A stretch of DNA of 63,433 nt, counting the filler, from Octopus bimaculoides (lineage: Eukaryota), in the NCBI RefSeq assembly GCF_001194135.2. It is 4 parts of 4 records of this genome, joined end to end, with 100 filler letters (N's around TTAATTAATTAA, not from the genome) between each part and the next. Parts side by side here need not be neighbours in the genome. Positions count along the whole stretch, not along the records: positions 27,974 to 36,894 come from NC_068981.1; positions 36,995 to 60,918 come from NC_068983.1; 2 more parts are not named here. One strand, written 5' to 3'. Shown here one piece after another: positions 36,689 through 49,870 of the stretch (within the stretch, counting starts at the first letter, position 1; each line of letters starts with the position of its first letter). The translations under genes were made by a program, and so were the position numbers. The notes beneath the pieces are model-generated. The model was given only the letters and a program-made list of their open reading frames with translations, made no database searches and was not told where the DNA came from.

Positions 36689-36779
36689 CTAGCAGAAATA
36701 CCCGGCGTTGCCCGGGTTAAAGAGAATAATGAAATCTAAAAACGCCGTCTAGACTACGCATCATTTTTATATATAGAGA
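36689..36779 (-). mobile_element. Complete 91-bp non-autonomous Helitron
   Basis: On the - strand: A|TCTCTATATATAAAA...CCCGGGCAACGCCGGG-TATTTCTG-CTAG|T, i.e. 5' TC, subterminal GC hairpin, 3' CTAG, AT target and no TSD. Confidence 0.8.
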
Positions 36780-36894
36780 TGTATATACACACACGCACCC
36801 AAACACACGTATATATATGTATATCAATATAAATATATGAAAGTCAATGAAGTTTCGTAAAAGAAGGTGATCATGTACATACTTTCTTGCTGTT

Positions 36895-36994
36895 NNNNNN
36901 NNNNNNNNNNNNNNNNNNNNNNNNNNNNNNNNNNNNNNTTAATTAATTAANNNNNNNNNNNNNNNNNNNNNNNNNNNNNNNNNNNNNNNNNNNN
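36895..36994. other. Artificial scaffold-join spacer
   Basis: 44 N + TTAATTAATTAA (36939-36950) + 44 N. Confidence 0.93.
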
Positions 36995-37512
36995 AATTCA
37001 TAAACAAAACAATACCTACAACCTTCATATACTACCCAATCTTTATGCACTATAAGGTCGATAAGAGGTGGGGGTATAAGGTCACTGGCAGTGTTCGCGG
37101 AAGATGATCTAAAAACTTCCGGTACTGGTGGACGGGGTGAGAGGGCGGACGTACCGCGGGCTAAGTGAGCTTTGTCGTGTGTTCTATCAGCATAGAAATT
37201 CCAATACGAATTGGGATGAAGTTGGGAAGTGAACTGGTTATATGTTTGGGTTCGCGTGCAAGTCGAAGAGGAAGTGGTGGAAGAAAGTGGTGATTCAGAG
37301 AGAGAGAGATAGAATAGATAGATAGATAGAGAGAGAGAGAATATATATATACATATACAAGCATACATTTTAATGTTTACTTTGCCATGGTGACATAGGT
37401 CAGATGAAATTTGTTAACACAGATTTTCTATGGCCAAATGCCCTTCTCATTGCCAATCCGCATTTCCAATAACAGCTAAAAGAATCATAGGGAAACAGAG
37501 TTTACTACTTAC

Positions 37513-37667
37513 CACCAGAATATCTAAATATTGTTTATGATATGAAATTACAAGTTTAAATTTCTTTTGTAAACTCTTCATTAGTTCTAAGAGATAGAGC
37601 GCCTTCAAACGATATAACGTCTCAAGATCCTCAGGATCCTGTCCTTGTGTTCCAACCATACACAGAA
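37513..37667 (-). CDS. NOL6: NOL6 exon (last one visible before the assembly join)
   Basis: cattgcag|TT...GTG|gtaagt, 155 nt. VLCMVGTQGQDPEDLETLYRLKALYLLELMKSLQKKFKLVISYHKQYLDILV. The 15 exons sum to 2247 nt = 749 codons without a stop. Confidence 0.9.
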
Positions 37668-37995
37668 CTGCAATGAACAACAAAAAGTTTGTTTAGAAAT
37701 ATCAGAAAATTCATCATTGATGAGGTGTATTATAGCATTTATCCAGGGAGCCAGACATTATGTGACCATTGTATGGTGGCTGAGTAAACCACAAACATGA
37801 GGTGGCTGTGATATTATTTTTTACTTTTTTGTAAAAAAACATTTCATTCTCCCTCTTCTTGAAAATTTGCCATGCAATGAAAGCCGGTTAGAAATCCTTT
37901 TTACACATCTATATCAAAATATGCTTTCAGTTTAGCATTCTATCTTATTATTTTTCATTTTCCTATTATTTCTCCACGTGCGGTTAACACAACCC

Positions 37996-38073
<78 letters not shown>

Positions 38074-38957
38074 ATATACATATATATAGACACACATATA
38101 TATACATGTGTGTGTGTGTGTGTGCACGTTTGTCCCTCACACCACCATCTAACGGTGAATGGATATGTCTTAGATACATATATGCAAATATACAATACAC
38201 ACAATCATATAAACACTTACACACAAATATACATATAATCTGAAAGTATACACACATATAACTATCATACAGAAGACAGGTAGCCTACTAACATATGGTG
38301 TCAATGATAGGTAAGGGTGATTATATGTATTATTTTACACCCACTTTTCCCTGCTGACATACGTCATCAATGGAAATTCCCTATAAGTAGTTGAAAGTAT
38401 CCTGTGAGAATTTCATTATTTCCAATTTTTTTTTCTTTTGATGACACTCGAAGTAGTTTTGGCCTTTCCATCAACATATTTAGCATTAAGTCAAATGGAA
38501 GTTCCACTGAAAAAAGATTTCTTTTGTTCACTGGATTGTAATTAATGGAGTAAATTTAGTTGCATAAATTCTTTCAAATAATTGCCACTGCAAAAGTATA
38601 ATGGTGAAACAGTTACTAGATAACAAATCAAAATTGGGTCGGAATTGAGGAAACCTTGGATGACAAAAGGAAGAATGTGACCTTGGTTGAGTTACCATGT
38701 AGAATCTATTCTACATCATAACTTACTAGAAATAACAACTATATCTCTATCAAATCACACAGCCTTACAAACAGTGAAGGAAGGAGACATTAGATAGAAG
38801 GTGAATTATGTAGTAGTCGTACATAACACCCTTCCAAGACAGGATGGTCACATATAGAATATCTTTGAACAGAGGTCTGCTCCATCAGAGTTAAAACAAC
38901 ACCAATGTAAAAAAAAATGTGATAAAATATATATATAAAGCATAACAAAATTCCTAC

Positions 38958-39063
38958 CAGTGACAACAGGACAATAATGAGGACAAAGATCAGGACTTGG
39001 GATGTTTCGGTTTTTCTGAGACAAACAATTTGGTGAATCTCTGCAACCAAGAGCAGGAAATAC
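38958..39063 (-). CDS. NOL6: NOL6 exon
   Basis: ttcttgag|GTA...ACT G|gtagga, 106 nt. VFPALGCRDSPNCLSQKNRNIPSPDLCPHYCPVVT. Confidence 0.85.
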
Positions 39064-40708
39064 CTCAAGAAAAGAAACAAAAAAATTAATTTAAAAACCT
39101 GCATTGGGAAGAAAAGTATTAATATGGATTGACTCCATCTGCATATTCTGACACTGACATACAGAAATATTGTTTAGTTTATTCTTATTATTCTTCAATA
39201 ACATATTTCCTAATTACAAATAATATCAGATGTATCCTGGTTCAATAATGCTACATTGTGTTCCTTTATGTGCTTTAAGAGGATACTAAAGGGTTGGTGT
39301 CAGGAACAATAGAAAACACAGCCTCAGAAAATCCAACCAACATATGTCAGTGTGGAAAACAATGATTATGCAGACTAATAACAAATAAATACATGGTATC
39401 TCTGTTTCAATTTCCTTTTAGAAAATTTACATTTTCATTTTATCAAAGACTCCATCCTTTTGTTACTTCAGCTCTGTTGAAATACACAGCCTTTGGTTTA
39501 ATTAATGATCTGAGGCACTTGTTTGGAATGTGGTGTCATCAGATCCTTGGTGTCTCTCTACGCAACCAAATCTCAAACATCCGAGAACAACGCCAGCAAT
39601 AACCAACCATTGAAGACCAAGTCTAGCATATCAGGCTAGTGGTTTGGCCATGTCTACAGGATGGGCACTGGAAGACTACCACACTTTTGTGGTGGTAGCA
39701 GCCCAAAGAAGACATGGGCAAAACAAACTGAAGAAGATCTGAAGTTGATCTTGAGCCATAGATCAGAAAGCATGGAATAACACCATCACCAGAGATTGTC
39801 ATCCAGCAGTGTATTGGTTGAGAAGACAGCCTCCACCTCCAGCTGCCAGCTATGGATCAATTGATCATCAATCAATCAATTTTGAAAATAATGACAAATT
39901 TAGTAAACTAACTTTGTTATTATTAATTCTTTTATTCTTTTACTTGTTTCAGTTATTTGATTGTGGGTCATGCTGGAGCACTGCCTTAAAATGTTTGTTA
40001 TTCAAAGAAATCAACCCCAGGACTTACTCTTTGCAAGCCAAGTACTTATTTTAGCGGTCTCTTTTGCCAAACTACTAAAAGAGGTTTGTATCATAAGAAA
40101 CAGGGGCAGATTCAGGTATTAAAAGAATTGAACCTAAAATTAGAACACAATCTTTGAAAAACATCAAACAGCTGATGAGGAAGACAGAATTGTTATTTAT
40201 TTTTTTTACTCTAGATTATTAATCACACAAACCTATAATCAAAGGTATTCCAGTGAGCTGTGTAACTTTCAGTTACGAACATTTAACATATGTCCTATAA
40301 GAGCGAAACACTACAAAGAAGAACAAATATAGACAATGTGTCCTTCCTTTTTTAAAATGTGGTCTGATATACATATAAAGCAAGACGGTCATGACTGGAG
40401 TGCCTTTGATCATACTGAGTCTAGGTCAAACTAGGAATAAACTGAAGGGAAAAAATATATATTTTGTTGTGTCTAGGGATGGTCATTATGTCAATATTAT
40501 TAACACATGCAGTAGTTCAATTCCACTCCTTTATTATTAGTCAACTGGTTAAATATCCAAATCACTAATATATAATTTATCATGCCCCAACATGGCCATA
40601 ACTAACTTAGTGGAATCAGTAAAGGTACAAATTGCAAAGTCTAACACCACATCCTGAATATTTGTTTAAAAGAAGTAAAAATGTAAAAGTGGAATTTTGG
40701 AGAGATAC

Positions 40709-40937
40709 CTCAGCAAATCGAAAAACAGGAGAAATTCCTTGAATATCTTTGATATCAACAGTAATTTTAATGTCGCTAATAATTTTCCTAAGTTTATCAC
40801 AGGCTTGGTTTACTTTAATGCTGGCTTCTTCACCTGTGCCATAATCCTCCTCTGGACTAGCTTCTTTAGGAAGAGTTAGGATGGATTCAATACAAGTTGC
40901 AGGAAATACAATAGCTTCCGGTGGAATAGAGAAGTAT
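40709..40937 (-). CDS. NOL6: NOL6 exon
   Basis: tttccag|A...GAG|gtatct, 229 nt. YFSIPPEAIVFPATCIESILTLPKEASPEEDYGTGEEASIKVNQACDKLRKIISDIKITVDIKDIQGISPVFRFAE. Confidence 0.93.
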
Positions 40938-41366
40938 CTGGAAAAATTAGAAACAGAAATATGCAGAGTTACTATAAAGCAAGCAACTTAAAACAGGGAA
41001 GGATACGTTAGATACAGCAGTCTAATATATACTATACCAGGGAGGAAAAAAAGCTGCAACACCTTTGCTTATGAATCTTTGCATATGTTACAAATTAGAC
41101 AGTCACTTGTGGCTAGGTTTAGTGGTAATTTAAAAGCAGAATGAGCTGTACGTCCTCCTGGGAGAATGGTGGCAACAAAGCCAGACAATGGCACAGCAAC
41201 TGCAATGTCTGCTCAATCAGGAGTAACCTGGAGCTAAACAAATGGAAATAACATTCAAAACCTGACACTGAAGAAAAGCTTCTACCTTCTAAGGACTGCT
41301 TTAGCCTAATGGGTATAATAAAAAAAAAATCAATAGAACAGAAATGGATTAGTGTGTGTATATATA

Positions 41367-41401
<35 letters not shown>

Positions 41402-42362
41402 TAGTAAAGATTTGGGAATGAAAAAAATCCCACAGAAGATACCCCTGAAAGTTTAATGAAATTTAGATACAGAATGCAGAAGTGAGTGAGTCCAGTTTTT
41501 AATAGCAAGGATGACAACTCTAGTCATGTTTCCTCGCCAGGGAAGTAAGTCCAAAAGCAACTGCTTGATCTTAGAAAAGAATTGTAGCAGGATTGCTGGT
41601 ATTTACTTGCTAATAAACCATCAGCGGAGAAGATCTTAGTATTATCAAGTGTTTCCCTGGAAGCAAAAATGGTGATGAAGGTTTTGGTGCTGCTTAACTA
41701 TTTGGTGTGGTGAAAATCGCTGATAGAATTAGAAGAGAAGGGAAAGGCAAAACTAGTTCAATAAACATTATGGAAATAAGCAAGTTTGTGACCCAAAGTA
41801 CCATTCTTACTCAAAAGTGCCTTAACATAGCCACATATCTTCAAGGTGTCTACAAAGCAGCCATTTAATAATTAATGTCACTTGAAATGTTTATAACCAA
41901 TAACTAACTCCCAAATAAACTTCATAAACATGATATCTTGTTTGTTGTACAGTGGATGTAATTTTCAGCAAAATTGATCACCAACTGATACACACTATAG
42001 AAGAAATTAAAATAGCAACTTTTAAACCAGTAGTTGTTTAGCCTCAGGTCAACCTGACCCAATAGAGCTTAGATCAAGTGTTCCATTCATGACCATCCTG
42101 TCATAACACATTTATGTTTAAATACCCAGTTCTTTTAAGAAGGTGGTACAATTTGACTTGAAAGACCATTGGCTAGTTTCAAAAAGTGATCACAGAGTAA
42201 GAAGATATACACAACCTGATCAACGCAACTAAAATAGAAATCAACAAATTCTCAGACTTATAAAGAAATAATACTAAAACTGGATATACAATAAATGTAA
42301 ATTTTTTTTTTTAAATCAATAAAATTTTAAAATTGCATGAAGTTTCAACTAAAAATACCTAC

Positions 42363-42514
42363 GTATTTAACATAAAAGAAATAATTTCATAAAAAATCAT
42401 CCTTTTCTTGTACATAGTTGGTTTGTTGAGCCAAATGACAGCCTCACAAATGGTACCGTCTTTAAATTTTCTCAATTCAGATTTCCCTGACCAAAGTTCT
42501 CGGAATTCTTTAGC
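42363..42514 (-). CDS. NOL6: NOL6 exon
   Basis: atattag|GCT...AAT AC|gtaggt, 152 nt. AKEFRELWSGKSELRKFKDGTICEAVIWLNKPTMYKKRMIFYEIISFMLNT; FRxxWxxKSELRxFxDGxIxEAVxW is diagnostic. Confidence 0.95.
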
Positions 42515-43067
42515 CTAATATTCAAAGAAAAAAACTGTTCATTTTATTTGCCTCTTTTGGGTTGAGTGTTCAAGAAACACTTTTTCAGTAAATGCACCAT
42601 TGTTGTTTTAAATAAATACCCTTTTATATATGTATATCATGGTCTTTCCCATCGATAGATGGCATATGAGTTCAGCAATTTCTTGCTGAACAACCACACA
42701 GATGATTTGTTTATAGTGATCAAATGTTTGGATATGCTCCTCCACTCAATCAAATCGACATTACCTGTACAAGTGCACAATGTACTGCATAGCAGATGAT
42801 GAAACAAGTGCAGTTCAATGCAAAATTAAGTGTTTTAATCAAGAACACAACGCCCAGTCTGGGAATCGAAATTAGTAATATAAGTTATTGATTCAGAGAA
42901 TCATGTGGCTATCACAGGAAGCTTCTCTAATGGACTTTGCTATCAGACCACATGGCAATACAATACAGAGAAGTGTAATGCAGAGTGTCCATGCAACTGA
43001 AATCCAGAAGGTCGAACTGATAAAACTACTTCATGAGGAGTATAAAACATAAAAATTCAGGATATAT

Positions 43068-43494
43068 GAGAGGTGAATATATTTATCCACTTGACATCCA
43101 AGGATTACAGCCATTTTACAGCCTTTTTCACATAGTAATAGATTCAATATGGAATAAATTATGCTTAAATGCTTGCATTAATATGCATACTATACATTAT
43201 GCAATACAATTGCATATGCACAAATAAAGAAAGCTAGCTCATCAGAACATCATGATTACACCAATGATTCAACTCGTTGGTGTAACCATGATGTTCTGAT
43301 CTGATGAGCTAGCTTTCTTTATTTGCTTTGATATGTAAATGTACAATTGTATTTTATAATGTATAACATGCCTATTTAATACAAACGCGTAAGCATAATT
43401 TATTCCATACTAAATTTATTGCTACATGAAAAAGGCTGTGAAACAGCTATAATATTAAGGATGGCAAGTGGTTAAATAAATATATACACTTCCC
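43068..43494. repeat. Long imperfect foldback (about 200-bp arms, 12-nt loop) in a NOL6 intron
   Basis: Arms about 43068-43264 and 43277-43494 align as reverse complements, with a near-perfect inner 45 bp apart from one 5-nt indel. Confidence 0.88.
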
Positions 43495-44451
43495 AAATTT
43501 TTATGGTTTGTATATATGTGGTTGGTGTTAGGAAGGGCATCCAGCTGTAGAAACTCTGCCAAATTAGATTGGAGCCTGGTGTTGCCATCCGGTTTCACCA
43601 GTCCTCAGTCAAATCGTCCAACCCATGCTAGCATGGAAAGCGGACATTAAACGATGATGATGATGATATATATATATATATTATGATCATCATTCAACAT
43701 CTATCTGCCATGCTGGCATGGGTTGGATAATTGGACGGGATCAACAAGATATGAATCTAACATTTGTTTTGGTATGGTTTCCACAGTCTGGTGCCCTTCC
43801 TAGCACCAACCACTTTAAAAGATATGCTGAGTGCATATTCTCATGACACTGGCTAATACAGTTACCAAGTAACTTGCAAGACAAATAAAAAGACTCCTTG
43901 ATGAAAGGGGACTGTAATAGAATTGGCGGTGGCTTTATGCCAGGTGTTGAGAGGCTAAAGTACAATAGGGCAGGCCCAGGTGTTTGCATTTATAACGGTG
44001 AGAGAGAATAACTGGCATGATGACAATGACAGTGATGACAAGGTGTCAGAGCATGCTCTCAAAATACAAGTGAGTATGAAAGAATACTAAGAATCAGGAA
44101 GAGTGGATGGATAAGTTTATTAGCCTGTGAGAGGAGAGTGACAGATAGAGGTAAAGATGAATGTAATAAAATGGAACAAGGATAAAATGTGGCTGATGAT
44201 ATGTATTCAATACTACATTATCATATTATTCTGTCTGGCCAGATATGACTTATTAAACCTCCTCAGAATACTTGCAGACATAATTAAATAATAACCATTC
44301 ATTGAACGAATTATAATTTTTAATCCGATTATTAATACTATATTAAACATATTAACATTAACTATTGTTTTTTATGTTGATGACATTGCTGAGTAACTAA
44401 CTTCAGTAATAAATATAAAACATTGCTTAAAGTGAATTTCAATAAACTTAC

Positions 44452-44571
44452 ATCTTGGTGGTCAGCTGGGGGTCCTTTCTCCATAATACTGTAGCAATGT
44501 TCCTCATCTGAACTGAGACCAAAAGTCAAACACTCTAAAGAATTGTGTGGTGGTTCTTCATTGACTGACCA
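44452..44571 (-). CDS. NOL6: NOL6 exon
   Basis: tctacag|TGG...GAT|gtaagt, 120 nt. WSVNEEPPHNSLECLTFGLSSDEEHCYSIMEKGPPADHQD. Confidence 0.93.
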
Positions 44572-44864
44572 CTGTAGAAAAGAAAACTATTTATTAATAA
44601 ATCAAAACTAGATATCAGTAACTATCAGTTATCAAAACAAAGAACAGATTTATTTAACAGATTTCTCTAAACATTGTTTGAATACCAAATGAATAACAGT
44701 GTAGACTAAAGCAGTAATCCAAATACCACACTGATATTTGGTTACAGCCCTTTATGTACTAAGTTCAAATATTAATGCCTACTTTGCCTGTCAGCTTTCA
44801 GAGATCAATAAAAAAAAAATATCTGGAGTTAAGATAAGGTAGTGCCCCAGTAAAGTCATCATCA

Positions 44865-45345
44865 TCATCATTTAATATTTGCTTTCCATGCTGGCATGGG
44901 TTGGACAGTGTGACAGGAGCTGGCCAGCTGAAGAGCTGTCCAGGTTCCTTGTCTGTTTTGGCATGGTTTCTACAGTCGGATGCCCTTTCTAATGCCAACC
45001 ATTTTACAGAGCATATTGGGTGCTTTTACACAGCACTGGCATGGGGGCTTTTATGCAGCATTAGCACGGGTGCCTTTACATGGCACCAGCACCCACAAGC
45101 CTGCAAGATTAGGATTGCTCAACTGAAGAGGGATGCAAGGGACATGCCTGTATGCAAGGACAACCATGATTTTACTTAGCCTGATGCATCTTCTCAAGCA
45201 CAGCAAACCACCAGAAGTCTCGGTCCCTTGTCATCCCCTCTGTGAGGCCCAAAATCTGAAGATCCTTTCTCACCACTTCATCACACGTTTCTGGATCTAC
45301 CCTATCCACACATTCCCTCCACAATTAGAGATTGACACTTCTTGA
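44865..45345 (-). mobile_element. RTE-type LINE 3' end (ORF end, 3' UTR, (GAT)n tail)
   Basis: Degenerate ...DEVVRKDLQILGLTEGMTRDRDFWWFAVLEKMHQAK*, followed by the GGGCATCCxxCTGTAGAAAC...CAACCCATGCxAGCATGGAAAG tail and (GAT)n. Confidence 0.75.
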
Positions 45346-45529
45346 TGCAGCTGTTTTCAGCAAAAAAATAATGACTGCAATACTGACATTTAGAGTAGTT
45401 AAATATGTAGCAGTTATCAACAGTAACATTTGTCACCGTCAAATTCTATAATAAATTCTGTAATAAAGTTGCACCATTCCTATGAATAAAAAAAAAATGA
45501 ACTAAAGAAAATCATGAGAATGACCTTAC

Positions 45530-45707
45530 CTTAGAGGTAACTATAGGTTTCATTTGGAGATGCCTCACTCGTTTGGATAGAATTTTATGAATGAAGTTCA
45601 TTAGATTTGGAAGAACTGCTAGAACACAAGACCCACCAAAGTCTAGATTTTTCTGGGAAAATTTTGGTTTTGTAGATAATTCTTTCAGTGCATTCATATC
45701 AGTGATA
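45530..45707 (-). CDS. NOL6: NOL6 exon
   Basis: tttgcag|T...AAG|gtaagg, 178 nt. ITDMNALKELSTKPKFSQKNLDFGGSCVLAVLPNLMNFIHKILSKRVRHLQMKPIVTSK. Confidence 0.88.
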
Positions 45708-45767
45708 CTGCAAATAAATAATTACAAACACAAACTCATTTAGATTAGTGTTACAAACTGAAGAGTA

Positions 45768-45809
<42 letters not shown>

Positions 45810-47677
45810 TGAGAGGTGGTATTTATTTATTTATTTATACATATTGAGAGATGGTATTTATTTATTTTAGCTGAATGCATAAAGATATTAAGTGTCACAC
45901 CAATTCAAGTATTTATCAGATGGTAAAATTTTAATGGTTACTCAGATGTCCACCAGCTGGGGCAGAGATGAATAACTGGCACTATTAAGAAATATAAACC
46001 TAGCAAGCAAAGAAAAGAGAATGGTAGATAGATACTTAGTTAAGTAGGTAGATACACCATATAAACACTAGTAAAGTATTTTCACACTGTGAACTTCAGT
46101 GTCAATGTGAATACAAAATACAATATACACACAAACATCTATCAGTCACGGGCAAACTACAGCCTGAAGGACTTTCTGAATTGCACACTAATGAGATAGT
46201 TCCTTGGATTTTTTTTTTTTTTTTTTTTTGGTGTAGTCCGCTTTGTCTGATGCAATCTATTTCTTGAAAAAGGTTGCTTATGCCTTGTATACCATCATCA
46301 TCATCATTTAATGTGCATGTTTCATGTTCATACGAGTTAGACAGTTTGTCAGGATCCAATGGGCTCAAAGACTGCATTGTGCTCTAGTGGCATGGTTTCT
46401 ACAGTAGGATGTTCTTCCTAATGCCAACCATTTTACAGCAAGTAGTGGGTGCTTTTTACATTCCACCAGTACTAGTGAGGTCAGCATGCAGTTCACAAAA
46501 CTATAATAACGTGGGGTGTGGAGGCAGTTTTATGCTAAGAGATGAAGGATTAAAATATGAGAGAAAGCAAAGTAGGTATCTTGAAGTAGAAGAGTTACAT
46601 GGTTACACTTCAAAGGAGGGTGGGGAGAATGATCAGTAGGAGCTACAAAAATAATAGTAATGTCTTTGGGTGGATCCCTAAGGTACAATGTGAGCAGAAG
46701 TGAGGAGTGTGGGTGCAAGAGTATGTGGGGGAGCAAGAGGAGAGGGGATGTAAGAAACAACTGTAAAGATAAGATAATGTTGAAGAGTGGATGTAGGGAA
46801 TGGTAGATAAGAAGTGGGGGATGACTAATGATGCATAGATTGGAGAAGGTAGAGGGTGGAAGGTGCTTAATCTGATTAAAGATTTGTTCAAAAAACAACT
46901 CGGACAAGATCCTGCATGTCAAACTCTTCAATAGCAGCAATTTGCCTGCACCCTTAAAAGCAAGTGAAACATGGGCTACTACAAAGAAAGAACAGTGATT
47001 GGTTATGACACAAGAGGGCTGTGGAAAAACCGAAGCTAGGAATAACATCAAAGGAGTATATACGAAACTAGGTAATTCAAGAATGGGGTGAATGATGTGA
47101 TTGCAAAATGCTGAAAATACAAGTTTTGCTGAGGTAACAGGTCAACCCAAGCAGTTGTCAAGAGGTATCCAAGAGATGAGCAGAGACCTCTCAGACAACC
47201 TTCAAAAAGATGAGAGAATGACAGTCAAACGATTCAGGTCCAAATAAAAGAGAACAATGCAAAGAAGGGAAGAATGGAAATGCATTGTGACCAGCTGTGT
47301 ATGAGGACATCTGATAGTTTGATCAATAAGATTTTCATTACAGACCAAATTAGAAATATTTGATCTTAGAATACATTGACAAATTACAGAGAGGGAGACA
47401 CTATGTTAATTGGTTTTGCTTCGGTAATGCACCAAGGAAGCTAGAAGCCAGAGGTTCAGTCCCTACCAGATGATACTTTTATATTTCCCAGATTTCCCAT
47501 TTTTGTAGTTACTAAAATTAAAACCTGTAGTCTTTAATCCTTCAACAAATTTTATGTTATTGTTTAAAAATTACGAATTGCATAAAATGATTTTAAAATA
47601 TTACCAATCAAATAACAGTGTAGATAATGAATAGTAAGATAAAATTAAATATAACAAACAAAAAAAAGGTAACTTAC

Positions 47678-47793
47678 TGAAATATCTGGTCATACCGCAT
47701 GCAAAATGGAATTTTTTGAATGAAAATAGTATGGAAACAATCTCTATTTTGAGAATCCAATATTTCAAGAGTCATAGAAGCTTCATGTTGCAA
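47678..47793 (-). CDS. NOL6: NOL6 exon
   Basis: ctccag|TTG...TTT CA|gtaagt, 116 nt. LQHEASMTLEILDSQNRDCFHTIFIQKIPFCMRYDQIFH. Confidence 0.92.
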
Positions 47794-48312
47794 CTGGAGG
47801 GACACAAATTGAAAGTCAATGACAAGTTAAGAATAGTCAATTCAGCCAATACAAATACAAACCACACACACACTCAGATCCAATATATTTTCAGGTTGTA
47901 TTCTGCTTCCTTCCATAATTTTATGTTAAATTAGTTTACAAAGACTAGTTTAACAATGGCCAAGTTAGTTATTTTATCAAAAGCTTCAACTATCTTTCTT
48001 CATTACTTCCAAAATTAATTGAAACTTACGGGCAATGTGCTTTGTGAGAAATATATTCAGGAAAGGTTTAACTGGGACTCAACACAATGAAACAGCAAGA
48101 TTTGAACAGGTTCTAAATACTCTGAGGTGTCAAATTCAAAACCATGGAGCATTGTATCATAATCAGATTTCTGCCTCTCACATCTACTTTCACTTTCTAT
48201 ACTAGATTGTACATCACTGTTCAAGTCAACTCTCATTTGTAGTAACTGCCCTCCAACAAAAACACATGATGCATTACAGAGACTATGTAAAATGCAAAAA
48301 GAAATGCCTTAC

Positions 48313-48476
48313 TTCCAAAAATGTATAAGATGATAAAGCAGCTGTAAAATTAAGAAATCCAGTGGAGTCTACAAAAGTTACATCAAAAGCTTCTATAAAA
48401 CTGTCTAAAGTTGGTGCATTTTCTTGTGATTCGTGATTGTAGAAGCTGATACCATCTTTAACCCAGTCACTGTTTG
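48313..48476 (-). CDS. NOL6: NOL6 exon
   Basis: ctccag|CA...GAA|gtaagg, 164 nt. ANSDWVKDGISFYNHESQENAPTLDSFIEAFDVTFVDSTGFLNFTAALSSYTFLE. Confidence 0.93.
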
Positions 48477-48874
48477 CTGGAGGAGAAACAACAAAAAAGA
48501 AAATTATATATCACTACTAAATCTAATCAGTCCAAATTCAACAAAATTTCCAGCTTTTCTAAATAAAAAGATTTCTCTAAGCTAGTAAGTGAAGTTAAAG
48601 AAACAGCAGAAACCAATTTTTAAAAGAAGTTAAACATTTGAATATAACTAAGGCCACCCCACCCATCCATCCATTATTACTGAGAATGTAAATCAATATA
48701 ACACAACCCTTTAGCATTTAAACTGGTCGTACCCAGCCCAAATATTCTCCCAAATATTATCCAGATCCAGCCTCCCACACCTACACTACAATATCAACCT
48801 AAAAATAAAGTATCTCATCATAGAAATTTTTAAGCTGTAAGATAATTCGTGATTAATTCAAAACAATGTGAATA

Positions 48875-49037
48875 GGCGCAGGAGTGGCTATGTGGTAAGT
48901 AGCTTGCTTACGAACCACATGGTTCCGGGTTCAGTCCCACTACGTGGCACCTTGGACAAGTGTCTTCTACTATAGCCTCGGGCCAACCAAAGCCTTGTGA
49001 GTGGATTTGGTAGACAGAAACTGAAAGAAGCCTGTCG

Positions 49038-49068
<31 letters not shown>

Positions 49069-49233
49069 GTGTTTGTGTGTCTGTGATTGTCCCTCTACCA
49101 TCGCTTGACAACCGAGAGAGCGATAGAATAAGTACTAGGCTTATAAAGAATAAGTTCTGGGGTCGATTTTCTCAACTAAAGGCGGTGCTCCAGCATGGCC
49201 ACAGTCAAATGACTGAAACAAGTAAAAGAGTAA
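48875..49233 (+). mobile_element. Near full-length tRNA-derived SINE (family A) with internal (TA/TG)n; probably one of the known octopus tRNA-SINE families
   Basis: A box TGGCTATGTGG, B box GGTTCAGTCCC, tail GCTCCAGCATGGCCACAGTCAAATGACTGAAACAAGTAAAAGAG. Partial copies at about 2553-2600, 3005-3240, 19200-19572, 22073-22117, 31697-31800, 35455-35590, 39935-40100, 49700-49825, 51020-52466. Confidence 0.85.
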
Positions 49234-49821
49234 ATAAGCATTACTTTTAGCAAAAAACCTGAATGCTAAAGGGTTACAAGCACACATATAACAGAATCAG
49301 CTGATAGCTTATTCTACCCAGAACCCTTCAGTGTTTATTGAGGAAATGCTGACCAAAAGGAAATTCATTAAACACAACGTATTCCTTTTAAAATTGGTAA
49401 GACATTTGTAAAGAGTGATTTTGGACAAAATCTTGAGCAGTTGAAGTAACTTAGAGAATTTTAACTGTAAATGATATTAGATATAAATACCAATTCAAAC
49501 AGAAAATAAAAACAGGCTCAATGGTGAGGCTTGAACCTGCAAGTGATAGATATGTGGTTTAGATTCCTGTGAACGGGCATGTTGCAGTTTTAATGTCTCA
49601 GAGTAATGTTACAATGTACCAGCATACTATTGTAGTTAAGATTTACAATAGAAGATGGCACATCCATTCAAAACAGTGGAATGTGTGTGCATATATTAGG
49701 CACAGGCATGGTTGTGTAGCAAGAGATTTTAGATTCAGCCCTGTAAGTGGAACTTTGGTCAAATGTCTTCTACTACAGCCCCTGGCCAACCAAACCCTTG
49801 TGAGTGGATTTGGTAAACAGA

Positions 49822-49855
<34 letters not shown>

Positions 49856-49870
49856 ATATATATATATATA

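Noticed and set aside
31416-38257. YIYI/HTHT/CVCV-rich ORFs (also at 950-1600, 20061-20355, 27040-27328)
   Set aside because: Translations of dinucleotide microsatellites.
46480-47300. Purine-rich block (and the pyrimidine-rich block at about 56280-56960) as coding sequence
   Set aside because: Multiple stops and no recognisable motifs; probably very old LINE debris but unclassifiable.
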